A stretch of DNA of 57,310 nucleotides from a virus. Taxonomy: Duplodnaviria; Caudoviricetes. Where the stretch lies: the IMG/VR virus record IMGVR_UViG_3300043438_000704, positions 1 through 57,310 of that record; one strand, 5' to 3'. Position numbers and translations under genes: made by a program. Every line of letters begins with the position of its first letter. The first letter of the stretch is position 1. The notes beneath the pieces were generated by a model, which was not told the origin of the DNA, made no database searches, and was given only the letters and a program-made list of their open reading frames with translations. This document shows, in pieces, positions 43,525 through 54,087 of the stretch.

Positions 43525-44559
43525 ATGGCACACGAAATTGAAATTGGAACTGATCGGGTAATCACCTATGGTGAGCGTGCATGGCACTTGCTTGATGAAA
43601 ATCACCAGACTCCTCTTACCAAAGAGGTTCTGAATCCCCTGTTCATCCCCTATCTGGAAGGACAAGCTAACGTCAACATCGACGGGGTGGAAGTCCCGCT
43701 TGAGGGTTGGAAGACCATTGTTGCCGACACTCGTAACATCAAAGACATTGAAGGGGATTTCCGTCCTGTTCATGTCGCATCCGACAAGTATGAAATCCTT
43801 CAAAATGAAACACTGTTTGATGCGTTTCAAGAAGCCTTGGATGGTATTAAATATAAGATTGTATCGGCTGGAACTCTATCTGGTTTAAAAACATTCTTCG
43901 CGTCTGTGCAATTTGATGAGGATTCAAATATCAATCTTCCTGATGGGAGCGAGTGTAAGGCATTTTTCAATCTTGTAACATCCCATGATGGCACACGAAA
44001 TGCACAATTCTACGATTCTGGTTTGAGGGTCGTTTGCCAAAATACCGTACGTATGTCTCTCCAAACAAAAGGTGAGCAAGGGTTTAATATCACTCATACT
44101 AAAAATGCCAATGTTCGCATCAATAACATGGCACAAATTATGAATAATATTCTGCTTGGTCGTCGCCAATTTGAAGAGAAGATGGCGGAACTTTACAATG
44201 TGGAGTGTGATCTTTCCAAGGCCGAACGCTTTGTTGCGGGATACCTTGCCGACAAGACCAAGAGCGATGAGAAGCTTTCCACACGTTCTCTGAATCAGAT
44301 GACGGAAATCGTCTCTCTGGCATGGAACGGTAGCGGTAATCGTGGGGGAAACATGTTCTACCTTGCCCAAGGTGCAACGGAATTCTGGACTAGGGGCAAC
44401 GGCACTGGTGGTGCTGGTAAGGATGCGGGACGTAAGGCATACTCCGCTGAATTCGGCTTGGGTATGGAGAACAAGCGAAACTTCGTATCTGCTCTTGTCA
44501 ATCCTGAGCAACGTGAGAAGCTTATCAAGCGGGGAGATTTGGTTCTTACTGCTGGATGA
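43525..44559 (+). CDS. DUF932 / phage-plasmid-like protein (TIGR03299 type)
   Basis: MAHEIE..AWH, YEILQN, SAGTL.G, TSHDG and RVVCQNT motifs. Confidence 0.85.
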   Translation: MAHEIEIGTDRVITYGERAWHLLDENHQTPLTKEVLNPLFIPYLEGQANVNIDGVEVPLEGWKTIVADTRNIKDIEGDFRPVHVASDKYEILQNETLFDAFQEALDGIKYKIVSAGTLSGLKTFFASVQFDEDSNINLPDGSECKAFFNLVTSHDGTRNAQFYDSGLRVVCQNTVRMSLQTKGEQGFNITHTKNANVRINNMAQIMNNILLGRRQFEEKMAELYNVECDLSKAERFVAGYLADKTKSDEKLSTRSLNQMTEIVSLAWNGSGNRGGNMFYLAQGATEFWTRGNGTGGAGKDAGRKAYSAEFGLGMENKRNFVSALVNPEQREKLIKRGDLVLTAG

Positions 44560-44569
44560 TATCAAACAG

Positions 44570-44637
44570 CTTCCGATTAATCCCGCTCGGACGGGAAAAA
44601 TGCTGAGACGGAAGGAACGGGAATAGCATTACGCCCG
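44570..44637 (+). ncRNA. Candidate pseudoknotted RNA element
   Basis: Helices CTTCCG/CGGAAG, TCCCG/CGGGA and CGGG/CCCG plus the crossing pair AATGCTG/TAGCATT. Confidence 0.55.
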
Positions 44638-46764
44638 ACCACTTTTAAAAACTAGATTAAGATTTGCACATGAAGACACAACAAGAGATGTTCTACCAAT
44701 CCCAAAGGAAAATCGCAGAACGATACCATGTCATTGATTGGCTCGCAAAGCAGGATAACAAGCCGACATTGGAAGAGTTGGAAATCCTACGGAAAAAGAA
44801 TCCCGCATGGAACTCGTATCCTGAAGCATTCGCTTTTAAAAACTAAACCATAATTGAGACATGATAACAGGAATTATATTCATTACAATGTGTTGGCTGA
44901 TGATATCGGGAAACTTTCTATGGGGACTTGGGTTGCTGATAGCATACCTATGGATGCCGAGTTTTGATTAAAAAATAGATGATAATACGCATATGAAATT
45001 ATTTGAAGATACTTTTAAATTGACAGATGAGGGGATTAGGATTCAGAACGAATTTGAAGATTTGGTGAAACCATTTTTTGAAAAATATCGTGATGTGACA
45101 AATCCAATTGAATTTGATTGGCTTGTAACACAACCATTTGAAATGCAAAAATGCGCCAATTATGTTAAACGTGTTACAAATTTAAGAAGCAACATATAAT
45201 TACAACATGACACATCTACTACAACTTAAACGGGATTCCCATAACACATATCTCAATAACGAGCATTTGAAAATTTCGATTGGGGAATCCACAACATCGC
45301 TTGAAATCTCCGATTATGATAGGGTGATCGAGGTTGGCAACGATGATCTGCGAGTGATCCTGTCAATTCTGAAAGATAAAAACTAAGAAGCTCTGAAAGA
45401 AACAAAAATAAGCGATATTTAAAACATGAACGAACATCCATTTGACGATTTCCAATTCTCCATTCCCTTAACATCGGAAAATGAGAAATATCTGAAATCC
45501 AAGAAATATGAAAAACGCTCTGGAACATGCGCCTATCCAGAAAATAGGAAGGTTTTTCGGGTTGTCCCATTCAAGAAATGGTATTGGGAGGACACTTATC
45601 GTTCCCAAGTTCACATTGATGTTAAGAAAACCAAAAAGATTGTGAGGTCTTTGGAAATCAGTGGTGATTACGAAAAATAAAAACTAAACGATAATACGCA
45701 TATGAACAAAGAAATTGCAGAACTGATTGTTGGCTATAGTGACGACCTATCCCTTCACAAAGATTACAGTGGACGGGGAATGTATGGAAAAACCACAACC
45801 GCCATCACTGGTGATAGTATGAACGAGCTTATGGCAGCAATCGGAGACTGTTTCTATGATATGGTTCTGGAAGCAATGAGTGATGGGAATGATTATGATG
45901 AGACAAATGCTGTGGAACTGACCAATGTTCTCTCAAGTATCCGACAAGATAGCCTTGGGATGGGATACATTTTTTACTGATAAAAACTAGAACACAATAC
46001 AAATATGAAGACAACGACACAATCACTGACAGCCCAAGAAATCTTGGATCGTATTTTAAACGCTCGCGGCCAATTCGTGAAAGCGGTTTGGAAGAGCAAT
46101 CCAACTCCTGCTGCCGCTCACAAGAAAGCGGGAATCCAACTGGAGAAACATACATCCGCTGTATGCCGTGCGGGTATCAACTTCGCCAATCTCTCAAGCG
46201 TTCAACAAGGCATTGAGGAAGGCACGCGAGGAGAGGTTCAAGAACTACCTTTCGGCACTTGGCTTCACTTCCCATATATCATTAAGCACACTCCGAAAGG
46301 TTGTGATGAAGAGCAACATTATGTTCGCTTATATCCAACAGAAACTCGTAGTGAAACCATTTATTTTGTGAATGGTGAACAAGTTGATAAGGATAACTTC
46401 GCTCAATACCTAACCGAATCGGATAAAAAGAAAATGTATTCAGGCGAAAAGCCCGAATGCTTCACAATCAAGCGGGAGAACATCCTTGCCACTGAAGACT
46501 TTGGAGTATAAAAACTAAAATAGAATTACATCATGAACAAGAAAAAAGCAATTGAAGAGTTGGAAAGCACACTGGACAATGTGGCACATGAACTTATATC
46601 CACTGATTATTTCTCAGTGGAGGCTTATCATGAATTGTTGAGTGTATATTACACATTTCGTAAGCAATTTCATAGCATCATTCGTGAGGATTTTCCGAAT
46701 GAAGAATTTGAAAATTTCTAATAAAAAAATAGATTCTCAAAAACAAAACAAAAAGAAAACAAAC

Positions 46765-47004
46765 ATGACAAACAAACTGAACTGCTGCGCCCATAACATC
46801 ACCAAGCCAACGAAACGCCCCCAACGACAACGTTTCACAATGCATGGGGATATTACACGGGTTCTGGATATGAATCGTAAAGGAATTGCTCTTCTTCGCA
46901 AGCGTAAGTTCACATGGACTCAAATCCACCAGTGCCTTCAAAAGATTGGTGTGGACGTTGATTACAACAATCTGTATCAATGGCAGGTTCGTAGGTTTCG
47001 CTAA
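46765..47004 (+). CDS. Small basic HTH-like protein
   Basis: LRKRKFTWTQIHQCLQKIGVDVDYNNLYQW; A/C-rich leader. Confidence 0.5.
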   Translation: MTNKLNCCAHNITKPTKRPQRQRFTMHGDITRVLDMNRKGIALLRKRKFTWTQIHQCLQKIGVDVDYNNLYQWQVRRFR

Positions 47005-47015
47005 TCGATATATCT

Positions 47016-47135
47016 TTCCCTTGGTTGCTTAGAGTTATCTCTGGTGTTGATAATTCTGAACAGCCAAGGGAATTCTCTTTCTCATAAACAAGCATAGCGG
47101 AAGCTCCCGCCCGATCCTGATATACGGTAATCGGG
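47016..47135 (+). terminator. Long imperfect hairpin (terminator or processing stem) followed by two short hairpins
   Basis: TTCCCTTGGTTG/CAGCCAAGGGAA plus TAGAGTTATC/GATAATTCTG, then a pyrimidine tract, GCGG/CCGC and CCGAT/ATCGG. Confidence 0.65.
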
Positions 47136-49301
47136 AACCTTTAAAAACTAGAATACAATAACGACATTACAAACGAATGAAAGATTATGATCTATATTCC
47201 ATTGAATGGACATATGAAGATGCGCTTCCCAAGGACTTATCCGATCTGGAATATGATCTGATGTTTGATAAGAGCGAGATTCAGGATGGTGTTCGCATGT
47301 TCCCCTATATCACGATCTATTCCAATGAGGATGGATCAAGCAAGCGCATCTATCTCTGTGTTTAAAAACTAGATCACAATACCAACATGAAAACAATCAC
47401 AAAACAAGAACTCATTGATTATATCAATTCCCAGCCGGATGATAAGAGGGTGGATATGAGGCAATGCTCGGTTCTTGGCAATTGTGGTTGTGTGATGGTT
47501 CAATATTCCAAGGAAATTCTTAATATCACCGATCCATTTTGGTGTGGATATCATGTAATTTATGTCAATAATTTTCCCGAATATGCATTGGGGGCGGACG
47601 ATAATATTGATGATATAATTGATGGCGATCATTGGGATGAAATCGAGACATACGCGGATGTTCGCAAGTTTCTTAAAAACTAGCCCATACTCCTACTATG
47701 AAGATCGTCAAACACACTCTGGAACATCTACACAAGGGAACGGATATGCTTGACCTTCCCGAATATTTTCGGGGAACGGAAAAGCAATGCAAGGGGATGA
47801 TGTCGCGCTTTGAATGGTGCAAGGATCAAAGCCTGTTCGGGGGATACTGGCGGGATGAGGATGGGGAATGCTACTATCTACTTCCATAAAAACTAAACGA
47901 TAATTACGACATGGTAAAAGCCACCTCAGAACAACTTGAAACACTCCGCAATATCTCAGTCGTAGCAGAGCGCGAAGGTTTCACGGAATCATCCAAGTGT
48001 GGATTTGTCAGCTATTCCAAAGCGAAAACCGGACAAGCCGATCAGGAAGAAGTGAGTGCAAGAATCCACAGCATCCGCGAAATTCTCCGCACATACAAAG
48101 GATCAATGTTCGCGGATGCAATCGCTTAAAAACTAAACCATAATACGCACATGGACAAGAAAACAAAATTCGCTTTGGATTATCACAGGGGATCATTTCA
48201 AATGTTTTTGAGGAATGGTAGATGGGGAACTTGTATGGATTGCCCCCGTGATTCTGAAGGTAATGGTTATCCTGAATTTTGTAGCAACACCGAGCGACAT
48301 GATCATCACCTAACTTTTGATGGATTGGTTGAAAATTATAAACACACATTGAATAGAGCTTGAATATGGACATGGAAAACATCAAGCCCTATGAGGACAT
48401 GACCGACGATGATCGTTGGCAAGCCATTGGTTCCGCCCAATACATTCTGGAGGATGTGAGTATGGAAAAGATGGCGGAAGTCTCAGGGTTGACCTTGGGG
48501 GTGATTTCAGCGGCATATAGGAACATCTTTCGCCATGTCAATGATGTGGAAGAACCGCGCCCGAAGAATCCGACAAAACCAAGACGCATTAAAAACTAGA
48601 ACACAATTACACTATGAGCGAACCATACAAGCTGATTGAAAAAGAATATACATGGGATGAATTCTATGATCTTCTCCAAGAGGGGGATCAATTGATTAGG
48701 ATTTACCAAAAGTATAATGAGAATTATACTTCAATCAGGGAATATGATTGGGAGCAAAGGCGGATTCATTTCTCTGATGGCAAGATAGAATTCTTCAATG
48801 GTTCTCATGTGGATTACAAATTTGAAAAACAATTCAACGAGAACATTCTTTATGGATTTGGATCATTCCATCTATACAGCCAAGTATTTGATACTATTGA
48901 ATTGGAGGAAACCGAAGAGGTTTGGTTGATGAATGGGATGGTTGAAGATAGACCTATTATTAAAAAATTGGAAACCTTCACTTTAAAGGAACGCGAAGTC
49001 AAAATCTACGGGGTGAAAAAATATGTTTAAGAAGATAACAGATTTTAATTCAAGTGATGAATATCTGGATTATTACAATCAAAGAAAAGAAGACTTTTCA
49101 AGTGTATATGAAATGAATTGTTATCTCGCCACCATGCGACACACCAAGGATTTTGTATCCAATATGGGAGACGAATTTTGTGATTCCTTGTATCAAACTT
49201 TGATCGAATATGGGAATGTTGAAGATTTTCTCAAACAAATCCAACATGAATATCTCACCAGACACGATAGAATCCTTTAAAAACTAGAACACAATCACAC
49301 C

Positions 49302-50063
49302 ATGACAAAGAACCAAGAAACAATCGCCAAAGCTTTCCGTCACAATTCAGGCAAGTCTTTCCTAGACTCTGGAGACTTCTACGGAAGGCATTATGACAAG
49401 CCGCCAATCTCCGATGAGCAACCGCTTATCAAGGTGCATGTTTATGGCAACGAGCCAAGCGCAACCATTGAAACCGCTCTTTTCCTTGCCGAAACATGCG
49501 AAGTGGATTTTGATATTCAAGAGCAATTTGAGGAATGGGCGGCATTGGAAGAGAATTCGGAACTCTCATGGTTTGAAGCGGGAAAAACCTTCGCAACCGA
49601 GGTGCTTGGTCTGACTCAGCTTGCAAGGGATAATACATATAACAATGAGAATGACTTATCTCAGGACTATGTATGGGAAGTATATGCTGCGGAAGATGGG
49701 GGGGATTGGATTTATCAGGATGACGCTTTGATGGTTGTTTATGCCCATACGGGATGCGATGTGCGGGGAGGTTATGCCTATCCTCTGTTCATGCGATGCC
49801 AAGGGGATTACAGCGTTCCATTCGACCTATGTGTGGAATGGCGTATCTCCGAAGGGACAAGGGATGGGGAGGAACTTAGTCAAGAGGAATGCCAAGAGCT
49901 TGATGAGCAATGGCAGATAGGTTACACTTCATGCCCATCCTATCAATTCTCCAAGGACATTGAGGAAGTCATTGAGGACTCGGCAACCGTGGATAGCGTG
50001 GAAGTTAAGCTGAAAAGCGGGGAGCTTGTCAAGGTCTATGCAAGCGCAAGGACTGATTGGTGA
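49302..50063 (+). CDS. Acidic hypothetical phage protein (253 aa)
   Basis: Starts at the junction-element +1; rich in D/E. Confidence 0.8.
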   Translation: MTKNQETIAKAFRHNSGKSFLDSGDFYGRHYDKPPISDEQPLIKVHVYGNEPSATIETALFLAETCEVDFDIQEQFEEWAALEENSELSWFEAGKTFATEVLGLTQLARDNTYNNENDLSQDYVWEVYAAEDGGDWIYQDDALMVVYAHTGCDVRGGYAYPLFMRCQGDYSVPFDLCVEWRISEGTRDGEELSQEECQELDEQWQIGYTSCPSYQFSKDIEEVIEDSATVDSVEVKLKSGELVKVYASARTDW

Positions 50064-53000
50064 TCTTAAAAACTAAAAGATAATCAAACCATGAAACTAT
50101 TCAAAAGAGAAACGACACAGGAAAAGATTGACCGATTGGAAATCAAACTTGCGGGGGCGTTGGCGGCGGATGAAACCTTTCGGGTTTTAATTAAAAGTAA
50201 AGTTCCCATGTATAGTGTGGAAAACTTTATTAAAAATCGTGCAAAGGTCGCAGAGATTCAAAAGGAACTTGAAATTTTAAAAACTAAAGGATAATACGAC
50301 CATGGGATGCGACACAAAAGGATATGTAGTTACCGACAACATTGATGTTCGGGAGATTGGTAAGCGAGTGCTTGCCGTAGTAAGAACGATTCAGGGGGAA
50401 GCTACAAGCACATTTGTAAAGAATGATAATGTATTTGTAAAATCTGTATATGATCCTGATTGGAATTACTATATCTTCCGTTTCAAGGATGGGGTTGACC
50501 AACGGCAAATGTTTGTCCATATGGACACGGAAGATTTCGAGGAATGCCACGGGGAACTTGGCAAGCGGGGAATCATTTTCTCTCTGGGAATGTGGGGGAA
50601 TAGCGTGGAACTGATTGGGAAATTTCTGGATGTTTTTCAGGACATGGGAGCTTGCTATATCCAAGAAAACGATTGTGGGGATGCTCCAGTTGCGTATAAA
50701 AACTAAACCATAATAAGCGCATGAGCGATGTTGATATCCAAGAGATGAAGCAGTGGTATTGGGAAGCTTCCGATGAGTGGATCAATGGGGTGTTGCTAAA
50801 GGCCAAAGAAAAGGCTCAATCCGCAAACAAATCAATTTTTATCATGTTTGATTATGGTTGTGCCTATTTTGAACATGATCCCGTGAATGTGAGAGACATC
50901 ATTCTGAGAATCGATCCATAAAAACTAAAGGATAATACGACCATGAACAAGATACCAAGGGAACAGATCGAAAAGCTTGCCAATCGCGCAAGGGTGAATG
51001 AAACCGCTGTGTGGAACTTTCTGGGAACCGCACACCATTGCGGAAGCATTCCCAATGCCCTGATGAATCTGGACATGGATGCCCGTATGTATGGGTGGAA
51101 CAAGGAAACCAAGCAAGCGATTCAGGATGGACTACTGAATAAAAACTAAAGCATAATCATAATCACACCATGACCACAACCAGAAAAATTATTGAATCAA
51201 TCGATCTTGAAAAACACGGGGAAAGTGTTCATGGGAGCGAAGACCTTGCTGGAGTATTCGGAATTTATAATTACGTCGAATTTGATGATCGTATCAAAAT
51301 GGTGTATGTTCGCCCCCATTATTGCACGGATTCTTGGGTGGGTGTTCGGGCATACTTCCTTGATGGGGAATTTGTCGCAATCTCCACACAAGTAGGTCGG
51401 AAATGGGATGAGGAATTCCAATTCGTATCAAACGAAGCTGCGATGAAAGTTAGGGACTATGTATTATCTTTCGTTGAACCGAAATATGATATCAAAATTG
51501 CCGATAAGCTGGATGAAGAGATTGATGATTTCTATACAGTTGAATATGCGGAACAGATTCTTCACAAGCATGGCATATATGAAGGGGAGCGTGTTGAAAT
51601 CAAGCTCAAAAGGAGAGATTGGAAAGATTTCCATACTACAACAATTGTTGGTAAGGATGGAAAAGAGCGGGATGTTGATAACAGGGATATCAAATTATCC
51701 TACGTTGATCTGTCTTAAAAACTAAACCACAATCCACACATGACAATCGAAACCGTAGGAATTGAAGAGATTGAAGGGGAGAAATACCACATTGGAACTC
51801 CCATGGAACATCTGACGATCAAGGAAGCCAAGGCATGGATCAAGGAACATATGTTTGACCCCGATTATTGGGACTACAAGGCGGAACGCAAGGGATTCTT
51901 TCAGGAAGTCAAGTTCATCCATATCCTGAAAAACGGGGAAGTCCATACGGAATACCTAACCAACTTCGCATAAAAACTAGAGGATAATAAAGCCATGAAA
52001 GACGAAATTATCACAAAGAAATTCGGAAAATACACCGTCACCTTGGAACTCTTTGAGGAAAGTGGTGAACAGCGTTCATACTGCGATATTGTGAGCAGCA
52101 ATGGGGGAGCATCTTCCCTTGGTTTTGCTCTGGATATGGGATACCTTGAGAAAACCAACGGATCGGAAGAAGAGATTTCTGAGGATTTTCTCTCCAAAAT
52201 TGAGGATTGGGCATTGGAGAACGGATATTAACATAAAAACTAAACCATAATCACACCATGAAAGAAATTACTGATACCGAACTCCTGATCATTCGTCACC
52301 TGAAACGTAATAATTCAAATGATAAGATTCTGAAAAGACTTGTGGGGAGATATTACGCTCTGTATCCTGAACATGTTGAAAGGGATGAAATTTTCCATTG
52401 TCTCTTTGATATCATTGAAAAGTTTGATCTTCTTTACTACACGGAAAAGGGTAAAGATATCCGTAACTTTTTCATCTACAAGGATTCTTTCATGGATGAT
52501 GATATTGATATGTTGGATATGTGGATTCAGAAAGCGAAATCTCGCATCCGGTTATCGGAAGTCGCCAAGTTCCCAAGATATCCTAAACCAGCGCGTTCGC
52601 GCAACCGTGATAAAAACTAAACGATAATCAAACCATGTCCTATCACACTGACAAACTCGACAAGCTAACGGAAGATGAGCGGGATGCCCTACTGGATTTC
52701 CTTGAGAACATCACGGAAGGCGATATTCTGATCATCGCCAACGAAATGCAGATGGATCAAGCCGACAAGCGAAAGCTTTGCCGTGCATTGGAGAACTTCC
52801 AAGAAGCTTAAAAACTAAACCATAATAAAGACCATGAACGAACACAAAATGTATGGAATGAAAGTCACACGGGATCAATTCGGACAATTGTTGGATGATT
52901 ATTCTGAAAGTGGATATACCAATTCATCTTATTCCGATATCATCATTGATCTTTTCAATGTGGAGGATCATAGAGCGGAATTTGCGGAACTCATTGGATT

Positions 53001-54055
53001 GCCTTTGGATAAATTGCCGGAAGAGGGATTGATGAATCTCTACCCATAAAAACTAGCCTACACTTACGACACAATGAAACACTACCTTGTTACACTTAAA
53101 GTCTTTATCAACAGCGTGGAAAAGTATATCCCATCCATCCGATTCGCGGGTTCTCCCGAAGAAGCGGGTCAAATGGCTCTGGAAGGGGAATGTCATGGGG
53201 AATTGGAGGAAGAGGTTGGCTATTTCTGGGATACGGGTGCAGAATGCGGATATGTTATCCAAAGCGTGGAGGAAGTCCCAGCATTTGGTGATGATGTGAT
53301 GAAGTTCCTGATGCACAATATTTAATATTATGAAAATTCTTTTAAACCAAGGTGAAATCAATGCTGCAATACTTGAATATCTATCAAGTAAGAATATGCA
53401 AGTGGGGTTGAATGAAATCCAATTGAAATGTGAATGGGATCAACAATACGATTCATATCCAACATCTTTCTATGCTGAGATTGATCTGAATCCGCAAGAT
53501 AAAAACTAGAATACACTGATACCACAATGACAACGAAACTTAAAAGCAACTGGATGGGAAGCAAAACCTCGTCACCCGTGAAATTCCGTGCCGCATCAAA
53601 TGGCAACGTATTCACACGTTCGGAGAAGCTGAAAATGATCTTCGCGGAAAAGGATCGCGCCCATCGCAAGGCGGAACGGGTCGAATTGATCCTTCAGGAG
53701 CGCAACAAGGCGGCGGAAGAGAAAGCCAAGCGGGAAAGGTTCTTCGCCGCGACAAACGCTCTTCAGGAGCATCCTGACGCAAAGGTGAGGCATTCCAAGA
53801 ACGGATTGTATATCCAACCGCGTGTAAATGGCGCATTCCAAGCCAAGATTGAACTCTAATATATAAAAATATGGAACCAATATATATCATATCCGTAACA
53901 TTTCATTTCATCTTCTGTGGAACTGTGGGATTTCTATGTGGATATCATATCCGTAACATATATCTAGGTATATTTTGTGCGGGTTCTCTGGCCATTGCAT
54001 CATACGCTTTACTAAACCATTTCGTATTGTCCAATTTCTGATTCATGGTGAAAGT

Positions 54056-54087
54056 CCCCTCTTCCTTGGTGGTTCTTGGGAGAGGGG
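54056..54087 (+). terminator. GC-rich hairpin before a junction element
   Basis: 10-bp stem CCCCTCTTCC/GGGAGAGGGG with a weak U-tract. Confidence 0.5.
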
